Shown: positions 10,568 to 21,715, counted from the first letter of the stretch. The stretch is DNA of 64,000 bases from Cyanophyceae cyanobacterium (GCA_050331735.1 JBHJGN010000019.1:1-64000), one strand, 5' to 3'. The notes: generated from the sequence alone by a model not told the origin. Numbers and translations are program-made.

Positions 10568-11446
10568 CTAACCTTTTGAGGCCCGTCGATACTGTTTAGG
10601 AGTCACCCCAGCAATCTTTTTAAAGACGCGAGAAAAATGTGCCTGGTCGGAGAAACCACAGGAAAAGGCGATATCAATCATCAAAAGGTTAGGCTTATCA
10701 AGCATTCTTTTGGCTTGTTCAACCCGGTAGGCCATCAGGAATTGGTACGGACTCTGACCAATCGTTTGTTTGAATAAACGAGAAAAATGAGAGGGGCTAA
10801 GGCCAGCCTGGGCTGATAAATCTTCAAGGAGAATGTTTTTGCTATAGTTGGCCGCTACGTAATCTAAGACTTGTTTGTAGTGCTGGGCCGTAAAGCTTTT
10901 AGAAAACTCGTACTCTTCTTCTGGTAAACCATATTTGAGAATCAGTTTCGTAAGAAAAACACGAGCCAAGGATTCAAACATGACCTGAGAACCGAGGTCG
11001 CTGTGTAAAGCCTCTAGAAGCTGAATTCCTGACTGAGTAATGTCTTCATCTAGAAACTGTGGTAGATCTTTTAACTGGCGCTCATTTAGTAAAATTCCTA
11101 ATTCAGTTTGAGCAAATTTTTCAAATTCTGCCGGAGCGAGAGTAATAATGATACATTTAGTTTTGACATGCCATCTCCAACCACTCTCCACACCAGCCGG
11201 AGTCACGATAATTTCGTTTTTGTGATAGGTGAAATCACGATGTTCGCCATCGCGCCAGTTTTCCAAGCGATGAGGTTCTTCTCTAAGATTGAGGATAATG
11301 TGATGTTGGTCATACTTGTTGATGGGCATCGAGGCAGGTTCGGCTTCAAAATACTCTAGAGTTAAAAGAGCGGACGCTGATGGGCGTACTAAATCAACGC
11401 TTTGTACGAGGGGAGCGGACGGGTAAATATCTTGGTATTTTGGCAT
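10568..11446 (-). CDS. AraC-family transcriptional regulator
   Basis: LSPSHFSRLFK...IAFSCGFSDQAHFSRVFKKIAGVTPKQYR. Confidence 0.95.
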   Translation of the reverse strand: MPKYQDIYPSAPLVQSVDLVRPSASALLTLEYFEAEPASMPINKYDQHHIILNLREEPHRLENWRDGEHRDFTYHKNEIIVTPAGVESGWRWHVKTKCIIITLAPAEFEKFAQTELGILLNERQLKDLPQFLDEDITQSGIQLLEALHSDLGSQVMFESLARVFLTKLILKYGLPEEEYEFSKSFTAQHYKQVLDYVAANYSKNILLEDLSAQAGLSPSHFSRLFKQTIGQSPYQFLMAYRVEQAKRMLDKPNLLMIDIAFSCGFSDQAHFSRVFKKIAGVTPKQYRRASKG

Positions 11447-11635
11447 TGCAAATTAGTGAGGTGGTTCAAAGGCTGAGTTCTAGCCCAACGGGATAGGAAC
11501 GGGATAGGATTGACGACTGCCGACTGCCCCACTCTCTATGAAGTTTCACCGCTCCTCCTGAACGGATTATTTTAATGAGCAACACTAACAGCATCATCAA
11601 TATTCTTCTATCCTCAGACCGCAATCTTGTTGAAT

Positions 11636-12631
11636 CTACTCGATCTGAAGAGTAATTTTGCCTGTTGTTGAACCAGCTTCTATTAACCGATGCGCTGCTG
11701 CTGCATCTTCTAAGGGAAATGCTTGGCTCAAATGAATTTTGAGCTTTCCGTCATCGAGCCACTGAGCGCACTGCTGCAAAATAGCGGTTTGCTGCTTTTG
11801 AGCGCTAACGATTCCTTGCAGAGCCGGAGTCAGCATTAGTTCTAAGCCGATGCGCAGATTGCGCTGACGAGCTATTTTCAAATTTCCTAAAGAAAAATCG
11901 GGTTCTAGCAGCGTGACCAGATCTCCATACACTTTCACCGCGCCGCAGCTATCAAAAAACGTCGGTCCGCCGACAGTATCAAAAGCGAGATCGACGCCTT
12001 CTCCATGCGTCAAGTTCAAAACGGCTTCTACAAAATCGGTCTGGCGATACAGAATCGGCTCAGCTCCAAAAACACGAACTAGTCTCGCCTTGTCTGAAGA
12101 GCTCACGGTGGTCCACACATCGGCTCCGATCAGCTTGGCTAACTGAATCGCTACATGACCAACGCCTCCCGCGCCAGCATGAATCAACACTTTCTGACCT
12201 GCTGCTAATCTGCCGTGATCGCAGAGAGCTTCCCAGGCAGTAATCAGCACCAACGGGGCTGCCGCTGCTTCTGTAAAGGACAACGACTGAGGTTTATGGG
12301 CCACGCGATGTTCCGCAACCGTCGTGAATTGAGCATAGTTTCCGGAAGTAGCCCCCAGTCCGCCAGCGCAAAAATAAACTTCGTCTCCGGGTTTGAATTG
12401 AGTGACGCGATCGCCCACGGCTTCCACCACCCCCGCTCCATCACAGCCGAGGATGGCAGGCATCTGCTCTGGATAAAACGTCCCGCGACGACGCAGCTTG
12501 GTATCGATGGGGTTCACTCCGGCAGCGCAAAGCCGAACTAAAACTTCTGTTGCCGCGCATTGTGGCCGGGTTACGTCCCGAACTTGCAGAACATCCGGTG
12601 CTCCCGGTGCGGTCATGACAACGGCTTTCAT
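11636..12631 (-). CDS. NADPH:quinone oxidoreductase-like MDR-family protein
   Basis: AAGVNPID, IHAGAGGVG, GKITL. Confidence 0.88.
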   Translation of the reverse strand: MKAVVMTAPGAPDVLQVRDVTRPQCAATEVLVRLCAAGVNPIDTKLRRRGTFYPEQMPAILGCDGAGVVEAVGDRVTQFKPGDEVYFCAGGLGATSGNYAQFTTVAEHRVAHKPQSLSFTEAAAAPLVLITAWEALCDHGRLAAGQKVLIHAGAGGVGHVAIQLAKLIGADVWTTVSSSDKARLVRVFGAEPILYRQTDFVEAVLNLTHGEGVDLAFDTVGGPTFFDSCGAVKVYGDLVTLLEPDFSLGNLKIARQRNLRIGLELMLTPALQGIVSAQKQQTAILQQCAQWLDDGKLKIHLSQAFPLEDAAAAHRLIEAGSTTGKITLQIE

Positions 12632-12732
12632 GGCGCTTCCCTGAATGACTTTTTATCATCTTATCCTGAAGTGATCGCTCTCTCCCCCATCTCCTCATGG
12701 GACAATGGAAACAACCTGGTAACGACAAGCTT

Positions 12733-13623
12733 ATGGATTTCTCCCCCAAGTTTTACACCTGGAAAAATCAGCGCTGCGCTTATGAATGCCATCTTTCTCC
12801 TAACGCTGAGCGTCCCCTACTGCTGATTCACCCGATTGGCGTCGGCTTAAGTCGCCGCTTCTGGCACCCGTTCATCGAAGCGTGGTTGCCGGAGGGACAT
12901 TGTTCAGTCTATAACCCCGACCTCTTAGGCTGTGGCGATAGCGCAATGCCTCCCGTTGCCTACACCCCAGAAGACTGGGCGGAACAGCTTCAGTATTTTT
13001 GGCAGACGGTCATTCAAACCCCAGCGATTGTGGTGGTGCAAGGAGCCTTATTGCCCGTGGCGATCGCTCTAGTACAGCGCCAGCCCGATTTAGCTCAAGG
13101 ACTTGTGTTAGCAGGCCCTCCGGCATGGAACGTCATGACTAAATCTGGAACGTCCTGGAAACAGCGGCTGGCCTGGAATCTTTTTTTTAGCGGGGCGATT
13201 GGGTCTGTTTTCTATCGCTACGCTCGCCGCCGTCAGTTTTTAGCCGATTTCTCTAAGCGACAGCTATTTGAGCAGGCTCAGGATGTAGACGAACGGTGGT
13301 TAGATACTTTAGAAGCCGGAGCGACAGATTTAAAGAGCCGCTATGCTGTATTTTCATTTCTGGCAGGCTTTTGGCGGCGGAACTACGCTCAGGATATGAG
13401 TGCCATTACGCAACCAACATTAGTTGTTGTCGGGGAAGAAGCCTCCAGTATTAGTCGCTCTGGTCAATCCGAATCTCCTAAGCAGCGCATCGACCGCTAT
13501 CTACAGCATTTTCCTCACGCTCAAGCTCGCCAAATTTCCGGTCGTAACGTTCTCCCCTATGAATCGACGGCGGAGTTTGTTTCGGTTGTTGCTAAATTTA
13601 TCGATGATACAGACCGATTTTAG
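12733..13623 (+). CDS. Alpha/beta fold hydrolase-like protein
   Basis: LLIHPIGVG, PDLLGCGDS, PTLVVVGE; start uncertain (12697 or 12733). Confidence 0.8.
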   Translation: MDFSPKFYTWKNQRCAYECHLSPNAERPLLLIHPIGVGLSRRFWHPFIEAWLPEGHCSVYNPDLLGCGDSAMPPVAYTPEDWAEQLQYFWQTVIQTPAIVVVQGALLPVAIALVQRQPDLAQGLVLAGPPAWNVMTKSGTSWKQRLAWNLFFSGAIGSVFYRYARRRQFLADFSKRQLFEQAQDVDERWLDTLEAGATDLKSRYAVFSFLAGFWRRNYAQDMSAITQPTLVVVGEEASSISRSGQSESPKQRIDRYLQHFPHAQARQISGRNVLPYESTAEFVSVVAKFIDDTDRF

Positions 13624-13695
13624 CTAGGGAGAGAGAATCATCATCGGTCTCTAACCCCTCAATGACGACTGATGGCTCTGTCATTTTCTCTTTAG

Positions 13696-14811
13696 TCAGT
13701 CTGACCGACTTAAGTAGTCAGTGACTAGCTGCACGATTCTTTGAGCTGCTTTACCATCCCCAAAGGGATTAATGGCCGTTGCCATAGCTTGATAAGCGGC
13801 ATCGTCATTTAACAGTTGCGTCGCCGCTGTCTCAATTGCCGTCGGGTCTGTGCCAACGAGCTTAGCCGTGCCCGCTTCAATGGCCTCCGGGCGTTCGGTG
13901 GTTTCTCGCAATACGAGAACTGGCTTACCTAAGCTGGGCGCTTCTTCCTGCAATCCGCCTGAATCCGTTAGCAGCAGGGTGCAGCGCTGAATGGCTCCGA
14001 CTAGCTGGCTATAGTCGAGAGGTTCGGTCAAAAACGCTCTTGGATGCTCTCCTAATCGAGCTTGAATCGGTTCCCGCACAGTCGGATTGCGGTGGAGCGG
14101 AAGGAGTAACGCAGTATCCTGCACCTGGTCAAGAATGCGCCGAAATCCGTCCAGGATTTGCTCAAGGGGTTGCCCCCAGTTTTCCCGTCGATGGACAGTT
14201 GCTAACAGAACGCGGGACTTCTCCCACTCTAAGCCTGGTATAGAGCAGTCGGGCTGGCTTTGGGCTACCGTGAGAAGGGCATCAATGACGGTGTTGCCAG
14301 TTAAGTGAATTTCTCCGACTACGCCAGAACGCTTGAGGTGCTCAACCGCCAGTTGAGTAGGGGCAAAATGAAGCTGACACAGTTGAGAAATGAGGCGACG
14401 ATTGGCTTCTTCTGGATAGGGATTGAACAAATCGTCGGTGCGCAATCCGGCTTCTACGTGGCCGACCGGAATTTTTTGATAGAAAGCGGCCAGTGCTGCT
14501 GCAAAGGCAGTCGCGGTATCGCCTTGAACAATGACAAACTGAGGCTTGATTTGGGTAAAAACCTTTTCTAATCCCTGCAAACTGCGACAGGTAATGTCAG
14601 TGAGAGTTTGCCGAGGCTGCATGATGTTTAAATTCTGCTCTGACGTCAGGCAGAATAGCTGCATGACTTGCTCCACCATCTCTTGATGCTGCCCTGTCAA
14701 GACCACGTGGGTTTGAAAGGACGAACCGCGAAACTGCTGAATGACTGGAGCTAGTTTAATGGCTTCAGGACGAGTCCCTAAAGTAATGCAGATAGGGGAG
14801 GGTGAGGTCAT
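13696..14811 (-). CDS. wecB: UDP-N-acetylglucosamine 2-epimerase
   Basis: GTRPEAIK, VQGDT, HVEAGLRT, HRREN, TDSGGLQEE. Confidence 0.95.
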   Translation of the reverse strand: MTSPSPICITLGTRPEAIKLAPVIQQFRGSSFQTHVVLTGQHQEMVEQVMQLFCLTSEQNLNIMQPRQTLTDITCRSLQGLEKVFTQIKPQFVIVQGDTATAFAAALAAFYQKIPVGHVEAGLRTDDLFNPYPEEANRRLISQLCQLHFAPTQLAVEHLKRSGVVGEIHLTGNTVIDALLTVAQSQPDCSIPGLEWEKSRVLLATVHRRENWGQPLEQILDGFRRILDQVQDTALLLPLHRNPTVREPIQARLGEHPRAFLTEPLDYSQLVGAIQRCTLLLTDSGGLQEEAPSLGKPVLVLRETTERPEAIEAGTAKLVGTDPTAIETAATQLLNDDAAYQAMATAINPFGDGKAAQRIVQLVTDYLSRSD

Positions 14812-14878
14812 TCGTTTTGCATCTTGGGCCTGCGATTAGAGTAAACGATTTTGTCAACAATTGCCGACTGACAGAGAC

Positions 14879-14903
14879 AAAAAAACCCGGAGCTAACCGG
14901 GTT
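14879..14903 (-). terminator. Rho-independent terminator
   Basis: Minus strand AACCCGG-ttagct-CCGGGTT followed by a T run. Confidence 0.7.
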
Positions 14904-14953
14904 AGGAAATCATTAAATTGTTAAGTGCAGATATGGCCTCTTCGATTCAGAAT

Positions 14954-15325
14954 TTATTGGCTCAGGTCGCAGGTGAGAGGACAAGCGGCAAAGACCGGAG
15001 TATGGAGCGGACTTGCTTCTCCATGTAGCCAGCGGAGCCAGCTTACTTCGTGGGGATGAATTCCTCTAAGGGTAAGAACGGCAGCCCCAACAACAATAGC
15101 GACAACGTTAGCGCTAATGATACTGCCAGCAACCAGGAGGACCGCGCTAGTTGGCAGCACAGACTGAAGCACGATTGTTAACAGAACGCCGCCGGTGGCC
15201 ATCAAGACAACCAGCGGAAACCCGACCACTAGCAGGCAAACGGTTAGCGCAAAACTCCAAACCAGAAAGCTTTTGGTCATACTTAATAAATAAACGTCTG
15301 TCGATTTCTTTTGAGTTAATTCCAT
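14954..15325 (-). CDS. Small hypothetical membrane protein
   Basis: Two long hydrophobic segments, C-terminal WLRWLHG and ACPLTC; start uncertain. Confidence 0.7.
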   Translation of the reverse strand: MELTQKKSTDVYLLSMTKSFLVWSFALTVCLLVVGFPLVVLMATGGVLLTIVLQSVLPTSAVLLVAGSIISANVVAIVVGAAVLTLRGIHPHEVSWLRWLHGEASPLHTPVFAACPLTCDLSQ

Positions 15326-15835
15326 TGCTTTTCTCCGAACAGTATTTTTAGTAACAAAATTAGGGCAATATTTATTCTGCATTCTCTCCGCTGGTGTAGC
15401 GGAGCTGCACCGTTAGAATTAAGTATATAGAAAGAAAGAGCAAAGCGAATTTAAAGTTAATGGAAGTTAACAGACTTGCTTTTTTGGGCGTCAAAGCTGC
15501 CTTTTCGACAGAGGGATCGCGAACAATTACCGTTTAATCCTACGGTTTTAATAGTTTCTTGATTGAATTGAGTTCTTTTCTAATTCAAACCCGCAGATGA
15601 TGCGGCAGGAAATAAGTGTTAAGAAAATTTTTAGCATTGTTCTCTTTTTGATTTTTAGACTAGAAAACGGTGAATATTCAGAGAAGCGAAATCTAAAAAA
15701 AGTATAAAGAAAAGAATGTTAAAGAAACAGTCGTTAAAATCGCTACTGCTTTCTCCCCACTCAAAGAGGTCAAACCTGTTAGCTGGACAAAATCTGGGGG
15801 CATACTAAGGGCGTATTACTAGGGGAATTGTCAAT

Positions 15836-17002
15836 ATGTCACAAGCTCCATCGTCCATGTCTCCACTGCCGCCTGTTCCTCCGCCAACCTTTAAGGCTCG
15901 TCAACTAGCGTCTCCTGCTCATGAAACACCGTCTTCCACCAGCCTCCCGACTCTGGAAACCCTCATTCGGCAAGCCTACGATGCTGGCTATAGCGATATT
16001 CATGTGGGGGTTGGCGAACGCCCGAGAATGCGCGATCGCGGCAAAATGGTCGTCGCCGATTATCCGAGCGTAGACCGCGACACGTTTTTTCGCTGGCTAG
16101 CAGAAGTTTTGACAGCGGAAGAAATTGAGCGGTTTACAACCCGTTTGGAATTTGATGGCGCTACCCAATATCACTTTGCGCGGGTGAGAATCAACATTTT
16201 TGACACGCTTCAGGGGCCGGCAATGGTTATGCGCCTGATTCCGCTCAAGATTCTCACGCTCGAACAACTGCGATCGCCGAGCGTCTTTAAAAACATTGCG
16301 GATGCTCATAAAGGTCTTGTTCTGGTGACGGGTCCAACGGGGTCTGGAAAATCGACTACGATGGCGGCGATGGTAGACTACATCAACAAGGCGCACGCTA
16401 AGCACATTATTACCATTGAAGACCCAATTGAATTTGTGCACAAAAGCCAACAGTCTTTAATCAAGCAGCGGGAAGTTGGGCTGCATACGCTTCAGTTCGA
16501 CAACGCTCTCAAAGCCGCGCTGCGAGAAGACCCAGATGTAATTCTCATTGGCGAGATGCGCGACAAAGAAACCGTCAACACCGCTCTCAAAGCCGCACAG
16601 ACGGGGCACTTAGTGATGGGTACTCTGCATACCAACAGCGCGGTGAAAACCATTGAGCGGATTCTCAACCTCTACAGTGCTGAAGAACAGAACGCTATGC
16701 GGGTGGCGATCGCCGAATCCCTAGTGGCCGTCATTGCTCAGGGGTTATGCCGCACGACCGATGGCAAACGCGCCGCCTACCACGATATTTTGGTAAACAC
16801 AGAAACCGTTAAAGACTACATCCGCGAGGGGAAAAATGATGAAATTACGGCGCTGATGCAGGACGGAGAATTTGACGGCATGATCACCACCAATCAGTCG
16901 CTGTTTAACCTCTACGAACAAGAACGAATTACAGAAGAAACGGCGCTGGAGATGTCGCCAGCTCCAAACGAGATGGCGATGATGCTGCGCGGTAGAATCT
17001 AG
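15836..17002 (+). CDS. pilT: PilT/PilU-family type IV pilus ATPase
   Basis: GPTGSGKST, ITIEDPIE, ALREDPDVILIGEMRD, GTLHTNSA; Pro-rich N-terminus (PilT2-like). Confidence 0.92.
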   Translation: MSQAPSSMSPLPPVPPPTFKARQLASPAHETPSSTSLPTLETLIRQAYDAGYSDIHVGVGERPRMRDRGKMVVADYPSVDRDTFFRWLAEVLTAEEIERFTTRLEFDGATQYHFARVRINIFDTLQGPAMVMRLIPLKILTLEQLRSPSVFKNIADAHKGLVLVTGPTGSGKSTTMAAMVDYINKAHAKHIITIEDPIEFVHKSQQSLIKQREVGLHTLQFDNALKAALREDPDVILIGEMRDKETVNTALKAAQTGHLVMGTLHTNSAVKTIERILNLYSAEEQNAMRVAIAESLVAVIAQGLCRTTDGKRAAYHDILVNTETVKDYIREGKNDEITALMQDGEFDGMITTNQSLFNLYEQERITEETALEMSPAPNEMAMMLRGRI

Positions 17003-17108
17003 ACCGCAATTAGCACGGAAGCGCTACAGTGAAAGGGGGTGAACCAGCTAGCGTTACCCCCGTTTGCCGGGAAGGCAATGCTTGAGGGACGATCAGATGA
17101 GCAGGAGC

Positions 17109-17420
17109 ATGATGAATCTAAGTGGAGTAATAGCGATCGCCTACGGTATTCTCGTTTTAGCTGGCGGAACGCTCGGGTACGTACAGGCTAAAAGTACAGC
17201 TTCCCTGCTCTCCGGATGTATCAGCGGTTTGCTGCTGCTAATTGCCGGAGTTGTCCAGCTTCAGGGCTATGACTGGGGTCTCCTATTAGCGTTGGTGATT
17301 ACCGTGATGCTGGCAATTGTGTTTGTCGTTCGCCTGCTTAAAACCCGCAAGATCATGCCAGCCGGAATCATGACTGCTGCTAGCGTCGCGGTCTTGGTCA
17401 TTTTGCTCTCCTCGCTTTAG
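17109..17420 (+). CDS. TMEM14-family small membrane protein
   Basis: [40 protein letters not shown] at 17103. Confidence 0.85.
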   Translation: MMNLSGVIAIAYGILVLAGGTLGYVQAKSTASLLSGCISGLLLLIAGVVQLQGYDWGLLLALVITVMLAIVFVVRLLKTRKIMPAGIMTAASVAVLVILLSSL

Positions 17421-17430
17421 CCTCCGCAAA

Positions 17431-18519
17431 ATGACCGATCAACTTTTATCTAGCTACGATTATTCGTTGCCGCCAGAGTTAATTGCTCAATCTCCAGCGG
17501 TGCCGCGAGATAGTTCGCGTCTGCTCGTTGTTGCTTCAAAAGCCTTTACTCACAGCCGTTTCCGCGAGCTTCCCTCCTGGCTGTTGCCGGGGGATTTACT
17601 GGTGTTGAACAATACCCGCGTCATTCCGGCAAGACTGTATGGCCGTAAATCGACCGGAGCACCGGTAGAAATTCTGCTGCTGGAAGAACGCCAGCCTCAC
17701 TGTTGGCTAGCTTTAGTCAAGCCCGGTAAGCGCTTTAAGCGAGGTACAGAAATTATTTTCTCTTCCCCGGATGGGAGCCTGTCGCTGCCGGCTCAGGTAG
17801 TAGATCGAGATGAAGCAACGGGAGGAAGGTTATTACAGTTTCAAATTCCTCCTGGAGAAACCTTTGAGCAGTTATTATCTCAGATTGGTCAGATTCCGCT
17901 TCCTCCCTATATTCTTCAGTCTTATGCTTCAGACTCAGCTCAGCCGAGTAGCTCCTTCGCGCCAGAGCAGTACCAAACGGTTTATGCGCAGCAAGCGGGA
18001 TCTGTGGCTGCGCCAACGGCAGGATTACATTTTACAGAGGAGTTACTCCAGCGGCTAGAGGAACGCGGTGTCCAAAAAGCTTGGGTAACTCTGCATGTTG
18101 GAGTGGGGACGTTTCGCCCGGTGGAAGTTGAAGATGTGACGACCCATACTATGCATACTGAGTGGGTTGAAGTTCCCGCAGCAACGGTCGAGCAATTTCA
18201 GGCTACTAAGGCGAGGGGGGGGCGCGTGATTGCCGTCGGCACAACCGCCGTGAGAGCCCTAGAGGGAGCTGTTCGCGGGGAACAGTTGACTACTTTTTGC
18301 GGTAAAACCGATCTGTTTATTTATCCCGGCTACCGCTTTAAGGCTGTGGATGGTCTGATTACCAATTTTCACTTGCCTCGCTCTAGTCTGCTGATGCTAG
18401 TCAGTGCTTTGATTGGGCGCGAACGTCTCCTTCGGCTGTATCAAGAGGCCATTCAGAAGCAGTATCGGTTCTATTCCTTCGGCGACGCCATGTTGATTCT
18501 GCCAGAAGCTAAGATTTAG
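17431..18519 (+). CDS. queA: S-adenosylmethionine:tRNA ribosyltransferase-isomerase
   Basis: [37 protein letters not shown]. Confidence 0.96.
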   Translation: MTDQLLSSYDYSLPPELIAQSPAVPRDSSRLLVVASKAFTHSRFRELPSWLLPGDLLVLNNTRVIPARLYGRKSTGAPVEILLLEERQPHCWLALVKPGKRFKRGTEIIFSSPDGSLSLPAQVVDRDEATGGRLLQFQIPPGETFEQLLSQIGQIPLPPYILQSYASDSAQPSSSFAPEQYQTVYAQQAGSVAAPTAGLHFTEELLQRLEERGVQKAWVTLHVGVGTFRPVEVEDVTTHTMHTEWVEVPAATVEQFQATKARGGRVIAVGTTAVRALEGAVRGEQLTTFCGKTDLFIYPGYRFKAVDGLITNFHLPRSSLLMLVSALIGRERLLRLYQEAIQKQYRFYSFGDAMLILPEAKI

Positions 18520-18622
18520 CAGTGACCGATGAGCAAGTAATTAGCGAGACTAACAGCAAAGCACTGATCGCTGATTTAGTTTGGCTGTTTGCATTTAACC
18601 TCTGCTGTGGCTACACCGCGAG

Positions 18623-19762
18623 CTACCGAATCGAAACGACTTCTGCTTCATTACTTTCTCGGGCAACGCGCACCAAGAGTCCGGCTAATAAAAGACTGGC
18701 AATGACCGAGTTGCTGCCGTAACTAAATAGCGGTAGCGGTAAACCGGTAGTTGGCAAAGCTCCCGTAGCGACACCGATATTGAATAGCGACTGACCGACT
18801 AAAAAGACTGTTGCTCCAATCGCCACGAGCTGCTGGACTTGGTAACGACACTTTAAAGCGACGCTGAGGGCTAGCGTTGCATAGCTTATCAGCAGCACTA
18901 GCAACATCACGCTGCCGACAAAGCCGAATTCTTCGGCAAAGACGGAAAAGATGAAATCTGTATATTGAATCGGTAGGTAAAACAGCTTTTGCTGTGACAA
19001 ACCGAAGCCAGTCCCCCACTTTCCTCCTGAGCCAACGGCCAGCAGACTTTGGACGAGCTGATAGCCGTCGCCTCTCGGATCGCTCCAGGGGTCGAGAAAA
19101 GACACAATCCGTCGCCACTGATATTCGTTGAGGCTTACGCTCACCCCGGCAACAAGACAGCCGAGGAGAGCTGTTCCGCCCAAGTAGCGCAGGCGCAAGC
19201 CTCCAGCTAGGGCAACTAACCAAAGCGACATTCCGCATAGGGCCGTGGTGCTTAAATTGGGCTGTAGCAGAATGCCTCCCAGCAAAACGGCAAAAATGAG
19301 CAGCCACAGTCCGCTCGCTACTTTATGGAGACGCTGCCACTGACCAAAGACGCGTGCGCTCTGTAAGACGAGGAAGGGCTTAATCAGTTCAGAGGGCTGA
19401 AGCAGAAAAGGACCGAGAGAGAGCCAGCGGGTGGCCCCATTGACCTCTGTGCCCACTCCTGGCACGAGAATGAGCAGAATTAACCCGAGGAGAAACAGGA
19501 AAATCCAGGGAGCAGCATTGAGCGTACGGCGCAGGGGCGATCGCACAACATAGTTAAATCCGACTAGCCCCAAAAAAGCGCCGACAAGCTGCCGCTTCAG
19601 GTAGTACAGGCCATCGTTATACTGCGTATCGGCGGCAACGTAGGAAGCGGAAAACAGTACGATCAAACCAATGGCAAGCCACAAGAACGTTAACCAGCGC
19701 AGCAGCCGGGCTTCAATGGCCCAGTCTTTAACGGAATCAAAGGGAGTTAAATATTGCAGCAC
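18623..19762 (-). CDS. ftsW: FtsW/RodA (SEDS) family protein
   Basis: NGATRW, QPSELIK, GYQLVQS, YTDFIF, PTTGLPLP. Confidence 0.92.
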   Translation of the reverse strand: MLQYLTPFDSVKDWAIEARLLRWLTFLWLAIGLIVLFSASYVAADTQYNDGLYYLKRQLVGAFLGLVGFNYVVRSPLRRTLNAAPWIFLFLLGLILLILVPGVGTEVNGATRWLSLGPFLLQPSELIKPFLVLQSARVFGQWQRLHKVASGLWLLIFAVLLGGILLQPNLSTTALCGMSLWLVALAGGLRLRYLGGTALLGCLVAGVSVSLNEYQWRRIVSFLDPWSDPRGDGYQLVQSLLAVGSGGKWGTGFGLSQQKLFYLPIQYTDFIFSVFAEEFGFVGSVMLLVLLISYATLALSVALKCRYQVQQLVAIGATVFLVGQSLFNIGVATGALPTTGLPLPLFSYGSNSVIASLLLAGLLVRVARESNEAEVVSIR

Positions 19763-19815
19763 CCCTACTCTTTCCCCTCACCCACGGTTGACAACCTGAC
19801 GTTAACATTTATAGC

Positions 19816-19842
19816 AAAAAGAGGCCGCTACGACCTCTTTTT
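19816..19842 (-). terminator. Terminator after apcC
   Basis: AAAAAGAGG...CCTCTTTTT inverted repeat. Confidence 0.7.
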
Positions 19843-19870
19843 AATCCTTTTTTGGAGAGCGTCCTAGCTT

Positions 19871-20074
19871 TTAGAGCAATCCGGTATTCATCCCCTGCTT
19901 GCCGGTGGCTAGCTCAACCTTCAGGATTTTACCGCCCATCTTCATAATCCGCTGCTGTTCCTGGAACCAGTTGTCGTAGGGAACTAGTTTCGTAAAATAG
20001 GTGTTTTGTAGTTCTCGCTGCGTCCGAATGCGATCGGGAGTGGGAAAACAAGCCGTCACTTTAAACATTCTCAT
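19871..20074 (-). CDS. apcC: Phycobilisome small core linker
   Basis: MRMFKVTAC...RELQNTYFTKLVPYDNWF; start ATG at 20074 (67 aa). Confidence 0.96.
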   Translation of the reverse strand: MRMFKVTACFPTPDRIRTQRELQNTYFTKLVPYDNWFQEQQRIMKMGGKILKVELATGKQGMNTGLL

Positions 20075-20266
20075 GGGTGATCTCCATTTAAACAAGGTTT
20101 TAGATAGTTTTGGTCTATACAAAGCTTCATAAAGCAAAGGTCGGGAGTCTGGAGCCAATACTAGATCGTCAAAGCTTGCTCACAATCAAGCCTTAAAGAG
20201 CTAGCACTCACTCTAGACGACCCGAACCTTCGAGGTCAACTATAGCCTAGTGGACCGATACAGTAT

Positions 20267-20752
20267 CTAGCTTAAGCCAGAGCAGATGTAGTCGAAGTAA
20301 ACGCCCATCTCTTTACCAGCGTCAGGGCCAACCAAACTAGCGGTGACTTCCTTCATCGCCTGAATCGCCTGGACGGTAGAGTTAATGGGAACGCCAAGGG
20401 AGTTGTAGGTTTCCTTCAGTCCGTTGAGCACTCGCTCATCGAGAATAGACGGATCGCCAGCCAGCATGGCGTAAGTGGAGTAGCGCAGGTAGTAATCGAG
20501 GTCGCGGATGCAGGCAGCATAGCGACGAGTCGTGTACATATTACCGCCGGGACGAGTTACGTCGGAGTAAAGTAAGGACTTAGCAACAGCTTCCTTAACA
20601 ATCGCAGCGGCATTGGCACTAATGACGCTAGCAGCCCGAACGCGAAGCTCTCCGGTTTGAAAGTAGTTCTTGAGCTTGTCCATGGCAGAAGTATCGAGGT
20701 ACTTGCCTTGAACATCAGCCGAATTAATGACAGAGGTAATGGCGTCTTGCAT
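20267..20752 (-). CDS. apcB: Allophycocyanin beta subunit
   Basis: [23 protein letters not shown]. Confidence 0.98.
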   Translation of the reverse strand: MQDAITSVINSADVQGKYLDTSAMDKLKNYFQTGELRVRAASVISANAAAIVKEAVAKSLLYSDVTRPGGNMYTTRRYAACIRDLDYYLRYSTYAMLAGDPSILDERVLNGLKETYNSLGVPINSTVQAIQAMKEVTASLVGPDAGKEMGVYFDYICSGLS

Positions 20753-20825
20753 TTATCTGTTTCCTTATCTAATTTTTTTGTAGTTAGCGAGCGCGGTGGC
20801 GCTAGTGGACAACGGTCAGTTGCCT

Positions 20826-21311
20826 CTACTGCATGGCACCAATAACGTAGTCGAAGTAAGAACCGGCTTCAGAAGCGTCTTCTGTAGACATCATGGAAAC
20901 CGCCACGTCCTTCATTTCGCGAACGCTTTGAGCAACAGCATCAATGGGAGTTCCCAGAGACTTGTACATTTCCCGAACGCCGACTAAGCCGATCTCTTCG
21001 ATGGGAGTAACATCACCAGCGACAACTCCATAGGTGACCAGACGTAGATAGTAGTCCATATCCCGTAGGCAGGTCGCGGTCATCTCTTCTCCGTAGGCAT
21101 TGCCACCGGGAGAAACGACATCAGGGCGCTTTTGGAATAGCTGATCTCCAGCCTGCTTGATGATCCGCTCGCGGGATTCCGTTAGCGTCTGAGCAATGCG
21201 AAGACGGCTCTGACCGGAAGTAACAAACGATTTGATTCTATCGAGTTCGCCAGGGCTCAAATAACGAGCCTCGGCATCAGCATTCACAATGGATTTTGTG
21301 ACAATACTCAT
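20826..21311 (-). CDS. apcA: Allophycocyanin alpha subunit
   Basis: [28 protein letters not shown]. Confidence 0.98.
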   Translation of the reverse strand: MSIVTKSIVNADAEARYLSPGELDRIKSFVTSGQSRLRIAQTLTESRERIIKQAGDQLFQKRPDVVSPGGNAYGEEMTATCLRDMDYYLRLVTYGVVAGDVTPIEEIGLVGVREMYKSLGTPIDAVAQSVREMKDVAVSMMSTEDASEAGSYFDYVIGAMQ

Positions 21312-21579
21312 TGAAAAAATTCCTCCAGGAATGAGTAAAGATTGTAACCAGACTTTGAAAACTAGCCTGTAAAATAGTCGTCGATTGCTGTCATTCTTTT
21401 TACAAATGTTAACAGTTTTAGGGTCTGTTAATCATTTTTAGTCTAGCCGTCGTGCTAGATTTTACGTCCGTTAACCTCTAGCGACTTCAGCGCAGTAAAT
21501 TCAGCAACCTTCCGAAATTATTCTGAGGCATTTTATTGATATTTGTCCTAATTCTTTAATACTTTTTAATATTTTCCTC

Positions 21580-21617
21580 AGACTAAGCGGCGAGCGCTAG
21601 ACTAAGCGGCGAGCGCT
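21580..21617. repeat. Exact 19-bp tandem duplication
   Basis: AGACTAAGCGGCGAGCGCT x2 in the apcE-apcA spacer. Confidence 0.9.
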
Positions 21618-21651
21618 CTTCAATTGACTGAAACCGCCTCTACAGAGAACT

Positions 21652-21681
21652 ACATCAGGGGCGAACGCTCGCCCCTGATGT
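21652..21681 (-). terminator. Perfect 13-bp stem-loop after apcE
   Basis: ACATCAGGGGCGA-acgc-TCGCCCCTGATGT. Confidence 0.7.
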
Positions 21682-21715
21682 CCTTAGATGCCGTTGAGCA
21701 AAGGAAGCAGGCTAC

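Noticed and set aside
17905..17970. Ser-rich extra segment in QueA as a micro-element
   Set aside because: No clear hairpin pair, target duplication or split HIP1; probably a variable loop
18723..19307. 194-aa alternative-frame ORF within ftsW, and similar nested or antisense ORFs
   Set aside because: Shadow ORFs of well-supported genes with no motifs of their own
20075..20158. N-terminal extension of ApcC
   Set aside because: The canonical 67-aa ApcC starts at 20074
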